Both the position numbers and the translations under genes were made by a program. From the IMG/VR virus record IMGVR_UViG_3300021979_000001, positions 393,166 to 457,165 of that record: 64,000 nt of DNA, one strand, 5' to 3'. The DNA is from a virus. Taxonomy: Duplodnaviria; Heunggongvirae; Uroviricota; Caudoviricetes. The number at the start of each line of letters is the position of its first letter. Position 1 is the stretch's first letter. Below the pieces are notes generated by a model, which saw only the letters and a program-made list of their open reading frames with translations, did no database searches and was not told the origin of the DNA. Shown here piece by piece: positions 1 through 10,800 of the stretch.

Positions 1-700
1 GTGAACTCACCGAATATTCAAAATCACCAATTGCAATAGTTGATCCGTCTTTACTCATAGTTAGAGGATCAAAACTAAATTCAGAATCATTTTCAACAGG
101 GTCTAAGGTCGTCACATATGACCATGTTCCACCCGATTTTGAATACAGTTCTATGGTATATTCGCCAATAGCTTCTCGTGATGACTTCACCGCAATAAGG
201 GTTCCATCTGCCGAAATTTCAACCAGTCTACCAAACCCATCATAATTATGATATGTGGGTGAAACAAGTTCAACCGGCGACGACCATGATGAACCGTTAT
301 ATTCATAAACGAATGCCCCACCAGCGTTTGATCCATGAATATCAAGACGGCTTGCACCAACCACACATACTGTGCCATCTGAATTTAATGCGACTGATTT
401 ACCAAAATCACTTGATGCCTCCAATTGTGGATTATCAAATTCACCAATAATGTTTGATGTCGCACCAGATACATCATAAATGGTAACCGATCCATACGCT
501 TGTGTTAATGCCAGATTTTGTTTACCACCTATTGCGGTAACCAATCCGTTTCCAGAAATGGCCGAGCCATATCCGAACAACTCCCCGGTTATTGCATCGC
601 CCGTATATTCAATTTGTGTTAACGAACGAAGCCACGCTGATAGTTTTACCGTTCGTGTTTTGATACCGCCAACCAGTTTCCCCGAAAATAAAAGACCCAT
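1..700 (-). CDS. FG-GAP repeat beta-propeller protein (3' end runs off window), probable virion/tail protein
   Basis: Not in ORF track. Hand translation from ATG at 700 (AGGAG SD at 711-715): MGLLFSGKLV...FGYGSAISGNG...DFGKSVALNSDGTVCVVGA...GFGRLVEISADG, i.e. repeated FG-x-SVA-x-S-x-DG FG-GAP motifs. Confidence 0.8.
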   Translation of the reverse strand, partial: MGLLFSGKLVGGIKTRTVKLSAWLRSLTQIEYTGDAITGELFGYGSAISGNGLVTAIGGKQNLALTQAYGSVTIYDVSGATSNIIGEFDNPQLEASSDFGKSVALNSDGTVCVVGASRLDIHGSNAGGAFVYEYNGSSWSSPVELVSPTYHNYDGFGRLVEISADGTLIAVKSSREAIGEYTIELYSKSGGTWSYVTTLDPVENDSEFSFDPLTMSKDGSTIAIGDFEYSVSS

Positions 701-788
701 AGTATATATACTCCTATTAGTTAACTATGATACAATATTTATCCATATTTTCTATTATAAAATAAATATGTTTTACACTATAGTATAA

Positions 789-1421
789 CTAAAATATATT
801 TTTTACCATATTAATCAACTTATCGAGTTCATCTTTTCGGACAATTGAATAACCTTGATTTGAAAGTAAATCCAAAATCATTTGTGGTTGATCGGTGTCT
901 ATTTTTTTAAATTTTTCAGGCAATTGATCCCATGTTCTAAGCAAGGGGTGTGTCTTATTTTCAAAATTTATTGTCGTGCCGTAAGTCCACCCATCGTCCT
1001 GGCGTTCCTTCATCCATGTGTCATGCTGTTTTTTCGCCCATGATGCGCATAACTCCATGTAACTATCATTTTCAATATCAATTGTGTTGTTATTCATAAC
1101 GGATACAGGCAGTTCACTTACTTCCAAATCGAAATCCAAATCAATAAATTCTTGTGAAAGCGTATCTGCTACTTTCGTTGATTCTTTAGCACCCAGTGGG
1201 CGAGAGATTGGAATCATATAATAATTTTTGCCATTGATTATCCGATGAACCAGCGACACTCCTTTGAACTCACCATTATCATCGGTTGAATGTGCGATTG
1301 AAAGCACACCAGCCGGACAAACATCATTGACACAATGATAAAATGCTTTCACTAATGATTTGTCCAATGGGGTATCAACGACCAGCGTGATTTTGAAAAG
1401 AATATTAATTGGTGTGTTCAT
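789..1421 (-). CDS. RyR-domain-containing protein
   Basis: C-terminal HDTWMKERQDDGWTYG...KTHPLLRTWDQLPE matches the RyR repeat signature (H..W...K...GW.YG...HP.L.PY..L). Confidence 0.75.
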   Translation of the reverse strand: MNTPINILFKITLVVDTPLDKSLVKAFYHCVNDVCPAGVLSIAHSTDDNGEFKGVSLVHRIINGKNYYMIPISRPLGAKESTKVADTLSQEFIDLDFDLEVSELPVSVMNNNTIDIENDSYMELCASWAKKQHDTWMKERQDDGWTYGTTINFENKTHPLLRTWDQLPEKFKKIDTDQPQMILDLLSNQGYSIVRKDELDKLINMVKNIF

Positions 1422-1433
1422 GTTATATTATCC

Positions 1434-1958
1434 TTATTGCTTCGTGCGTTCCAGTTTTTCCCGCCCACGTGTCCATGCAGCGGCACCGAGAATAGCCCCA
1501 AACGATATGTGAAATAGTCCGCTCTGCTGTAATGTTAACGGTTCCCATGTTCGACTTTGTTCCAGCACTTTTAATGCCTCTACTTGGGCGGTTGGATTAT
1601 CCAGTTGTGCTACTATCTTAACCATTTGATCCGGTGGCATTTTTGTATTAGCCCATTCGTTATAAGATGGCATTAATACAAAATCGAAAACACAAATAAA
1701 CAGGTAAACTGCCGCCGCTACCGGTCGCCAATGGGATGTCAACCAGGTCTCGTTATTTGCGGCTGGGTGAGCGGTAATTACATCACCGCCGTAGGCAGCA
1801 CCATAACCACCATAGCCACTGTAGCCCCCATTATAACCGCTCCCACCACCATTGTAACCACCACCATAACCTTTATTATGTGATGGTCCGTATCGTGAGC
1901 CGTTATCTGGTGGGCAATCGGGATTATCTGGATTATCGGGACGCATAATTTTATACAA
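1434..1958 (-). CDS. Putative 3-TM holin-like membrane protein with Gly/Tyr-rich N-terminus
   Basis: WRPVAAAVYLFICVFDFV...WEPLTLQ..GLFHISFGAILGAAAWTRGREK resembles the GTA-type 3TM holin family; hydrophobic segments present. Confidence 0.55.
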   Translation of the reverse strand: MYKIMRPDNPDNPDCPPDNGSRYGPSHNKGYGGGYNGGGSGYNGGYSGYGGYGAAYGGDVITAHPAANNETWLTSHWRPVAAAVYLFICVFDFVLMPSYNEWANTKMPPDQMVKIVAQLDNPTAQVEALKVLEQSRTWEPLTLQQSGLFHISFGAILGAAAWTRGREKLERTKQ

Positions 1959-3132
1959 TCATAATTTCAACAACGCCAAAACCGTTGTCTGTTTTTTTAT
2001 TTATTGCTCTACCTATTGCAGTATACGGCATTGGATTATCGGATGCCTGTGCATACCCAGGGCAAGCACTTGTCACTAACAATTGTCCCGGATAAACGGT
2101 CCCTACTACTTTGCATGGAACTCTACCTTTAAGGGCAATTGCTGGGAAATAATCGTCAGAACCAGCAGATGCATTTAAAACATGGGCGGGTTCGGTGGAT
2201 ATAACACCCGCAACTGATCTGCTATTTTCATGCGTGCTAATGGTAACTTCTTTATCGCCACCAAGAATCATTACGGTGCCCGGTTCATATATTGCATCGG
2301 CTTCATACCGTTCCGCAATGTCAGCGGCATGCATAGCAAAGGTAGCGGTCCCGACAAAATTTTCTGCATACACCGTAGAAAAACTATTGGTATTTGAGCC
2401 AAGATTAATTGTGTTATTTGCATTTGGGATAACGTTTCCAGAAATCGTGCCACCGGACAATGGTAATTTGTCATCTAATTCTGGGACATCAACTGATAAT
2501 GTAACATTTGACGACCCATCAATCGATACGGTTCCCGATGCGTCACCGGATAATGACAATGAAAATGGATTTGTAAGTTTACTTGCGGTAGATGCATTAC
2601 CTAAAAATGAGGGTGCTGAAATATTTCCGGTAAAATATGCAACCCCGTTTTCTGCATGAATAATCGCATCGGCCCCACCCGTTTCAGAAATCAAAGTTAG
2701 TTTTGTTTTTACTGAAACCCCGGTTGGGTCTACTCCTAACTTGCGTTGTCCCTGGATTGACACTCCAACGAAATCAACACCTGCGTAAATACCTTTAGAC
2801 GGATCGCTATCATATGTAATACTGGGTTGCGATTCGGTTCCATCCGACATATAAAGTTTTGCGTTTTCTTCAAACAGAAGTGATCCGGTGATCGTTCCAC
2901 CGTCGATTTTTAAATAATCATTTAGGAACTCACCCATATATCCGAATGGACGCCATTCAAGATCACCGGCATCATTATGGGTATACGTTTCAATTCGACC
3001 ACTATCGCGACCAAAACGAATTGACCCAAGCATTGGGATTGTTGCATCACTGTTTGTTGACGGTAAAACGATTGACCGTCCTAAAACCACTAAATCACCC
3101 CCGGAGTGCCGAGTATCAATAATTCGCGTCAT
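1951..3132 (-). CDS. Tail fibre/spike protein with C-terminal intramolecular-chaperone (peptidase G2-like) domain
   Basis: ADIAERYEADAIYEPGTVMILGG...GVIST.PA...IALKGRVPCKV signature; LKIDGGTITG and LPLSGGTISG fibre motifs; start set to MTRIID downstream of a TAAATA promoter. Confidence 0.75.
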   Translation of the reverse strand: MTRIIDTRHSGGDLVVLGRSIVLPSTNSDATIPMLGSIRFGRDSGRIETYTHNDAGDLEWRPFGYMGEFLNDYLKIDGGTITGSLLFEENAKLYMSDGTESQPSITYDSDPSKGIYAGVDFVGVSIQGQRKLGVDPTGVSVKTKLTLISETGGADAIIHAENGVAYFTGNISAPSFLGNASTASKLTNPFSLSLSGDASGTVSIDGSSNVTLSVDVPELDDKLPLSGGTISGNVIPNANNTINLGSNTNSFSTVYAENFVGTATFAMHAADIAERYEADAIYEPGTVMILGGDKEVTISTHENSRSVAGVISTEPAHVLNASAGSDDYFPAIALKGRVPCKVVGTVYPGQLLVTSACPGYAQASDNPMPYTAIGRAINKKTDNGFGVVEIMIV

Positions 3133-3175
3133 AACGTAATAAACCTGTTGTTTTAAGTATTTATTCACAAACAAA

Positions 3176-3201
3176 GAAGACGCGGCCTGCGCCGCGTCTT
3201 C
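3176..3201 (-). terminator. Rho-independent terminator
   Basis: GAAGACGCGGC-4 nt loop-GCCGCGTCTTC 11-bp stem followed by a T-run on the minus strand, just after the 825-aa gene. Confidence 0.8.
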
Positions 3202-3238
3202 ATATTGTAGTTATAGTCCATTAGTCGTTATGATTGGA

Positions 3239-5716
3239 TTAACCAGCCAAATATTCAACGATGACTTTACCAGCACCGGTAGTAGCAGTTGATGCATCAG
3301 CAACAAGCTGCGTTGCAGTGTAATCCTGGGCAGCGTCTACAACGTAAATGCCGGTTGTTGCTTCATCAACATCGCTTGCCGAAGCAAGTTCATCGGTGGT
3401 AGCAGCAGAACCAACAGTAACGTCGCCATCAAATGCTGTGGTAACAATCACTTTAACACGCAGAACAGTTCCGGTAACAGTTGCACCAAGATTGACGCTC
3501 GAACCGGCAACCAGATCAACAACACGAGTTTTGACAGAACCAGAAACACTTGCGCTAACAGCGGACGAAACCGCGTCATCAACATAAGTTTTATTGGTAG
3601 CATCACCACCCGATGTTGGAGCAGCAACGTTAACAACACGTGTATCTGAAACATCAACAACACCGTCGCCTTTTGGTGCAAGTGTGAGATTGATGTCTGT
3701 TTCAGTTCCCGCCGCACCCAAAGTAACGGATGTGGTGCCGTTTGTTGCAGTAACATAACCGGTTGCAGAAGCCGAACCCAGGAAAGTCATGACAGCTTGA
3801 CTATCAGCATCCTGAATTTCAACAACGCCATCCGTGCCAGAACCGTTACCACCACGAAGAATGATATTACCTGCATCACCAGCAGCGTTATCACCACCAG
3901 CAAGAGTCAGATCGTAACCGTCTTCGGCCTGAATGAAACCGGCACCGGCATCACCGATAATAACCTGACCAGCACCCTGTGGGACAAGGCGAATATCAAC
4001 GTCATCAGCGGTTCCAGAAATTGCTTCAACTCGGACTTCACCAGCAGTGCCAAGATCAATCTGGAAGTTCGAATCTTGTGTATCACTGGTAACGATGTCA
4101 CCGACTTTAGTTTTGGTTCCGTCTACGTCACCGTAGAACTCAATCGCCCCATCAGCAGCTTTAACACTGGTCAGGGTATCAGCCGAAACGATTTCATCTG
4201 ATGACAAACCGTCCAGACTATCAACAACAGCTTTAATCTGTGTGTCAAGTGCAAGGTCAGCAGCACGGAATGATGTGGTTGAATCAAGGTAGTTCGAACC
4301 AGAAATTGTAGTGTAATCATCACCTGAAACACCAAGAGCAGTGTTCAAGTCGTCAATGCGACCACCAAGTGCGGTATCGGCATCGGCGCGATCAGATGAT
4401 TCTGACAGAATATCCGCAGCATTACCAGATACAGCGGAGTCAAGAGCGGTCAGCGCATCTACGATAGTAGTTGCGGAACCAAGATAATCGGTGCCAGTGA
4501 ACGATGCCAGAGTGCCATCTGTTTCAAGACCAACCGCAGTTTCGATTGCATCGATTTCAGTCTGCAAGCCAGTTGCACTTGAATCTTCTTCGAGAGCAAC
4601 AACACGAGCCTTGAACGCCGCATCAATATCAACGGTGTAACCGGTATCAGAAGAACCAGTAACCGAAACATAATCAGTGGTGCCAAGAACAACGGAGTTG
4701 GTGTTGTCGATAACATCCCAGCCATCACCAGAATTTTTAACAAGACCATCGTTTGCGTTAGCATAAATGCTTACGGTTTCTTCGGACCCGTTAACATACT
4801 TGAAGTAACCAGAAGTAGAAACCTTGTAGTAATCACCGGCATCTTTACCACCAGCAGACAGACCATCAAGATCAAATGCATTTTCTTCATCAACGCCACC
4901 AGCAAGGTTGGAGACATAATTGAATGCATTACCAAGACCATTAATAGCAGTGTCAACATACAATTTGGTTGATGCATCGGCATCGTTTGTTGGGGCAGCA
5001 AGGCCAGTCAGCTTAAAGCCGCCCATATCCTGATCACCAGTAAATGCTACTGATCCGTCTTTCTTAATGACTTCGCCATCAAGAGTATCAATGTTACCCT
5101 GTAATGTGGTATCTGCATCCGCACGGTCTGATGCTTCTGAAAGAATATCAGCAGCATTGCCAGAAACCGCAGTATCAAGGGCAGTCAGCGCATCTACGAT
5201 AGTAGTTGCGGAACCAAGATAATCGGTGCCAGTGAACGATGCCAGGGTGCCGTCTGTTTCGAGACCAACCGCAGTTTCAATTGCATCGATTTCAGTCTGC
5301 AAGCCAGCAGTATCATTACCTTCAAGCGTTGTAACGCGATCCGATACAGCCTGTAATGCGGTATCAAGTAATGTGTCCGCATTGAAAAGTGATGTTGCGG
5401 TATCGATGTAGTTTGCAGATTCCGATGCGGTATACGCACCGTCGGTGCCAAGCCCAGCGCCAGTCTGTGTTGCATCAACTTCACCTTGTAGTGAAGTGAT
5501 AATGCCATCAAGCGTTGAGGTCGCAGTATCAACATAGTCTTTGGTTGATGCATCGTTAGCAGATGTTGGTGTTGCGATCTGAATACGAGCAAATGCACTA
5601 TCTGCCGCATCACGAACCGAGAAAACACCGCCAGTCTGGGTCAGCTTTGCGCCGCCTTTACCAAACTGAACATTACTACCTACACCAACAAGACCAAAAT
5701 TTTTAATATTCGCCAT
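3239..5716 (-). CDS. Acidic virion structural/fibre protein with internal duplication
   Basis: 825 aa rich in D/T/A/G; three DA(S)TK.YVD fibre motifs; ~65-aa segment present twice; late promoter and SD upstream. Confidence 0.7.
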   Translation of the reverse strand: MANIKNFGLVGVGSNVQFGKGGAKLTQTGGVFSVRDAADSAFARIQIATPTSANDASTKDYVDTATSTLDGIITSLQGEVDATQTGAGLGTDGAYTASESANYIDTATSLFNADTLLDTALQAVSDRVTTLEGNDTAGLQTEIDAIETAVGLETDGTLASFTGTDYLGSATTIVDALTALDTAVSGNAADILSEASDRADADTTLQGNIDTLDGEVIKKDGSVAFTGDQDMGGFKLTGLAAPTNDADASTKLYVDTAINGLGNAFNYVSNLAGGVDEENAFDLDGLSAGGKDAGDYYKVSTSGYFKYVNGSEETVSIYANANDGLVKNSGDGWDVIDNTNSVVLGTTDYVSVTGSSDTGYTVDIDAAFKARVVALEEDSSATGLQTEIDAIETAVGLETDGTLASFTGTDYLGSATTIVDALTALDSAVSGNAADILSESSDRADADTALGGRIDDLNTALGVSGDDYTTISGSNYLDSTTSFRAADLALDTQIKAVVDSLDGLSSDEIVSADTLTSVKAADGAIEFYGDVDGTKTKVGDIVTSDTQDSNFQIDLGTAGEVRVEAISGTADDVDIRLVPQGAGQVIIGDAGAGFIQAEDGYDLTLAGGDNAAGDAGNIILRGGNGSGTDGVVEIQDADSQAVMTFLGSASATGYVTATNGTTSVTLGAAGTETDINLTLAPKGDGVVDVSDTRVVNVAAPTSGGDATNKTYVDDAVSSAVSASVSGSVKTRVVDLVAGSSVNLGATVTGTVLRVKVIVTTAFDGDVTVGSAATTDELASASDVDEATTGIYVVDAAQDYTATQLVADASTATTGAGKVIVEYLAG
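4449..5307. repeat. 124-bp intragenic direct repeat (4449-4572 and 5184-5307)
   Basis: Two copies with 4 mismatches counted by eye, all synonymous; both encode GLQTEIDAIETAVGLETDGTLASFTGTDYLGSATTIVDALT. Confidence 0.9.
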
Positions 5717-5868
5717 ACTGTTCTATCTCCTATAGGAACAATTTATTTTTAGAAGGCCACGAGTAAAATGCCACATCTCATAATATACAAGATATGGCAC
5801 TCTAACTCATAATTATTTATTTAGTTATTTAGCGAATAATCTTCATACGTAATTAATAACAATGGTTT

Positions 5869-7833
5869 TTAATTGTAACTAATTGTAATACGAACTTTTC
5901 CACTAGTAGATGATCCAGGATTGAATGAATATTTCAAATAAACATCAGTTCCCGCATCATAAGTATGCGTCGGTGTTGTTGTATACTCGCCGATTACACT
6001 CAAATCATTTTCATCAGCATTCATTAAACGTTCCATGTCATCATCATCACCAACAGTAATAGTTGCATTGTCATCGTTGAATACTTCATCAACAGAAACA
6101 GTAACGAAATTAATTCGTGAACCATTTCCGACTTCACCCAGTGTTCCAACTTCATCAGATGAAATTGTTAAATCAACAAAATATGTATCACTATCCACTT
6201 TTGCTGTTTCTTCGGATGCAATCATTACCCATTCTGATCCATTGTAAAGATACACACCCCATTCATCATCTCCTTTATCAAGAACATATGCTTGATCACC
6301 TAACATTACATCAAGTGCGTCTCTAGATGCAATATTCGCGACAACATATGTTGTTGCTTGTCTGATACCTTGTTCAATATAAAGGGACGCGGCTTTAATA
6401 CCATTCTCTGACGAAAACAGTCCTAGATCAGATAATGTTGTTCCAGTGACATCTACTAAATTAATTGCACGGGCATCATCTGCTTCAAGATGAACATATG
6501 TATTTGTTGATGCTCCGGTGCTTAACGGTAATCCTGATGCCGATCCTGTTCCAGCAAAGGAAGTTCCATTTGTGTCCAATGTTCCGTTAACAATCGTAAT
6601 TGACCCACCACTTGTTTCAGTAATAACCAATTTACCATCACTGGTAGACGCCACAATATTAGGAATATTCGCTGCATTAATATCAACAGCCATGTCTTCC
6701 TCAACGGCCAATTCAATACCATACTGCGAGAAACCGGTAGCAAATGTAGTGAATGTAACCGATACCCCATTGATTGTTGCCGTTGCGTTTGGTCCGGCAG
6801 ATGGTGCATATATTGCCGGTTCCCCATAGGCCATGCTTAATGATGATTCAATTACCGTTGGTGCAACAACAGACGATGCTGTAACACCATGACTCGATGT
6901 TTCCGTGTTAACTGCATTGATAAAATCAAGACTTGACCCACCAGATAATGTAAGTTCAACACCATTGACTGAAAACTTATTTCCACTGGATGTTGTGCCA
7001 CCTGCTACTGATCCGGTTACAGTGGATTTCGTGAAATCACGAATTTTCATCATAACCGGAGTTGGGCCAGGTGTTGTTGTCAGATTACCGGCATTTGCCG
7101 AGTCCGCATAAAGAATATCACCAACATTACCTGGTAAATAATCGTTATTATCGAGAACCTTTTGAATTGGGTTAATCATAAACATGTTCGGACCAAGACC
7201 GGTATAACTAACGGTTCCCACCATTTGTGGGTGATCTGAATCGGTTGCAACAAAAGTATTGGTTTCAGGATCAACCGAAATTACTTGCCCATCGAAAAAC
7301 CCATGATTTTCTTTTTCCAATGTAAAATTGACATCTGCTTCCAAATTTTGAAAACGAGAAGTCAGATTGGCAAAGAATACCGAACTCACACCACTTGATG
7401 GAATTGGGTCAATCACGGGAAGTCCATCTTCATTAACTTCAAAGATAATAACAAATGCCGGAATGGAAAAAATACCTTTACCATTACCTGTCGTATTTCG
7501 GAAAGTATTGTAACGCAATGTATCTTCAACCATGCACTTCAAATGTGTGTCAGATTTTTCAATAACATTGATAATTTTCAGCGCAACACCGGTTGAAATA
7601 TTGGCAACATAATCACCAACATTAACGTCCATGCCGTTAAATGCCTTTGGTTTACGTGTTGTTGTGCTGGAATGTGTCTGTTCGGTCACATCAATATCGA
7701 TTATCCATCGATAATCGGAGGGCGTAGCGCCCCCCGACCAATAAGGTGAACCATCATCGTAGGGCCACGCCCCGGCACCTGCCGAAGCAGACACAGCACC
7801 AGGGATGACTTTTGCAGGAATGTCGATATACAT
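5869..7833 (-). CDS. Virion structural protein (tail/baseplate-associated, hypothetical)
   Basis: 654-aa ORF with beta-rich T/G/S composition; INAANIPNIVAS...GKLVIT sheath/flagellin-like segment; lies within the structural operon. Confidence 0.6.
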   Translation of the reverse strand: MYIDIPAKVIPGAVSASAGAGAWPYDDGSPYWSGGATPSDYRWIIDIDVTEQTHSSTTTRKPKAFNGMDVNVGDYVANISTGVALKIINVIEKSDTHLKCMVEDTLRYNTFRNTTGNGKGIFSIPAFVIIFEVNEDGLPVIDPIPSSGVSSVFFANLTSRFQNLEADVNFTLEKENHGFFDGQVISVDPETNTFVATDSDHPQMVGTVSYTGLGPNMFMINPIQKVLDNNDYLPGNVGDILYADSANAGNLTTTPGPTPVMMKIRDFTKSTVTGSVAGGTTSSGNKFSVNGVELTLSGGSSLDFINAVNTETSSHGVTASSVVAPTVIESSLSMAYGEPAIYAPSAGPNATATINGVSVTFTTFATGFSQYGIELAVEEDMAVDINAANIPNIVASTSDGKLVITETSGGSITIVNGTLDTNGTSFAGTGSASGLPLSTGASTNTYVHLEADDARAINLVDVTGTTLSDLGLFSSENGIKAASLYIEQGIRQATTYVVANIASRDALDVMLGDQAYVLDKGDDEWGVYLYNGSEWVMIASEETAKVDSDTYFVDLTISSDEVGTLGEVGNGSRINFVTVSVDEVFNDDNATITVGDDDDMERLMNADENDLSVIGEYTTTPTHTYDAGTDVYLKYSFNPGSSTSGKVRITISYN

Positions 7834-7845
7834 TTAGTTTCCTTA

Positions 7846-10800
7846 TTAAAATTTAAACATGATCGCACATTGTGCGCGTTGCTGGAAACCAGCACCCGCA
7901 CCAGTATCCATCATACGAAGTTGAATAGTGAACCGTGAGAAGTTACCCATATATGTTGTGTTATCCCATGTTCCACCGGCCAATACTTTACGTGTGTCAA
8001 ACGATGTTGTGACGTTGGTATAAACCAGTTCATTCGTGGCAGTAACATGTCCCATAACCGCGATGGCGATTGGTGGGAATGCATGCCCGGTAAAGTTAAA
8101 TTCTACAATACAATTGGATGCATCGAGAATATTTACTTCAACACCGGATGATGTTGTTAATACTGGATCAGCAACATCAAACGTCCCACCAGCACCAGAT
8201 GAATAACGGAAAACAACAAATTCATTTTGTTCAACGTTTGATGATCCACCCGGAACCGTGACGGTTGTTACACCATCTTCATCGGTGACCGTAACACCGT
8301 TACCAACGAAGTTAAGGGTATCAGCCAATGAAACAACTTCGGTTCCTTCATCCTGAACCGCAATCCCACCAGAACCACCGGTTCCATTTGAAATTTCGGT
8401 TATACGACCTTTACTATCAACCGTAACATTTGCGTTTGTATAAGAACCGGATGTTACGCCGGTTTCGGACAGTGACGTAATAATCGAAGTTGTGCCAGAA
8501 CCAGTAATGTCACCCGAAAGAGTGGTTGTTTGATTTGCAGTCAGGTAACTCACATTGGATGCAGCAGTTACACGACCTTTTGCATCAACCGTAACATTAT
8601 TATAGGTTCCACCAGTAACACCCGTATCCGTAAGACCAATAATAAATGTTCCTTCGGTTGTCACCGGACCACCCGTCACACTAACATCACTTGTTCCAGC
8701 AGCATCAACCGATGTTACCGTTCCCGTGCCCGCTAATCCCGATGCATCGATAGTGATGGTGTTTGTGCCTTCAACCAGGGTGATGTTTTCGCCTGCAACA
8801 AGTGATTTAAATTGCAAATCAACATCAGCTTTTGCTTTGAAAATGCCAGCACCGGTGCCAACATTCGAAGCAGTATTGATTTCACCATAGTTTTCATTTG
8901 TTGCATCGGTAATACGACCATATGGATCAACAGTAACACTGTTGTATGTTCCAGCTTCAACACCGGTTTCGGACAGGCTGATTTCAATTTCACCAGTATC
9001 CGTAATCGGGCTACCGGCAATTTCAATACCATTATACCCAGATGCAGCGACCGAATGAACTGTGCCATAATCAACAAGCGTTGCCGCAGTCACACGACCT
9101 TGTGCATTAACCGTTAAACGATTATATGTTCCAGCAGTAACACCTGTATTAGCAAGACCAATTGATAATGTCCCGCTTTCAGTAATCGGACTACCAACAA
9201 CAGTAATACCATTGCTACCTGTAGCTGCAACCGACGTTACTGTTCCAGTGGCAGAACCAGCAAGTGCATCAATCAAGATAACACCGTTTGATTCCGTAAT
9301 GGTAACACCATCACCACCCGTTAAGGATTTAAATTCCAAATCAGCATCAGTTTTCTGATAAAAGACACCTACCCCGCCAGAAACGTTCGATGCTGTATTA
9401 ACTTCGCCGACACCAGTAACAGTTGCAGTCGATGTAATGGTAATCTCGCCTGTTTCGGAATCTTCTGTAACAGTAATATTATCACCGGCAACAATGGATT
9501 TAAACTGTAATTCATCCAGTTCTTTGCCCGCGTAAATACCAGTGCCATCACCGAGATTGCGACCATTGCTAATATCACCATAAACAACGTTTGTTGCAGA
9601 AATCACACGACCTTGTTGATTAACCGACACTTTATTATATGTGCCCGGCGTAACCGCAGTATCATCCAGTGTAACGGTAAATGTCCCAGTATTAGTGATT
9701 GGTCCACCAGTTACGGAAATACCACCAGCACCTTCTGCATCCACGCTATAAACGGGAGATGGACCAGACGCAGCATATGTAATGCGACCGTAATCATCAA
9801 CAGTGATAGAAGCAATATCATAACTTCCCGCAGTCACCCCGGTTGTTTTTGCATCAATCTCTATGCTGTTTGTTGTTTCTGTTAATTCAATGACATCGCC
9901 ACCCAGTAACGACTTGAAATGTAATTCAGCATTTACTTTGTTTTTGAATACACCAACACCAGACCCGTCATTTACACCGACGTTAACTTCACCCGAATCC
10001 AATGGATTTTCAACAATTTCGGTAATACGACCATACTGATCAACCGTCACCGTTGGGATATTATATGTCCCGGCTGTTACCCCAGACTGATCTAGAGCAA
10101 CGGTGAAATTTGTATCATTATCTTCATCGACACTGGAAACATCCATCCCGGCACCAGCGGTTATCGTGGTTGTATGACCAAGAGATGGTGCGCTAATTGT
10201 AAGTGTGGTTCCATTGTCGGATATACCAATCCCGCTACCAGGAACCAGTGATTTAAACTGTAAATTTGTTCCCGATTTCTGATAATATGTTCCAAATCCA
10301 CCAGTGCCAACATTTGATGCGGTATTTGCTTCACCAATAGGTTGAACGGTAGCCGCAGTCACACGACCTTGTGCATTGACGGTTAAGCTATTATACGTTC
10401 CAGGCGTAACGCCAGTAGAAGACAAACTTACGTTAAAACTACCGGAATCAGTGATGGTTGTATCACCACTAACCGTAATACCATTTGTTCCAGTAACACC
10501 AACCGATGAAACACTCGCGGGAGTTGATATAACAATTTCAGTAACATCTTGTGTTATTTCAATGTTATCACCAGCAACGATGCTGCGTAATTGATATGGT
10601 GTTGTTCCCGTGCGGTATACTGTTGCACCACTACCAACATTTGAAATGGTGTTAGATTGCATCGCAGTTACACGACCATATGAATCAACCGTGACCGATG
10701 GGTAATGATATGTGCCAGATGTTACGCCAGTAGCAGATAATCCAATCGCGAAGTTACCCGTTGTGGTGATTGGACCACCGGAAACAGTAACACCATTCTG

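Noticed and set aside
187-788. Track ORFs 187-378, 253-450 and 480-788
   Set aside because: They overlap the FG-GAP reading frame (ATG 700, minus), which the track missed because it lacks a stop in the window
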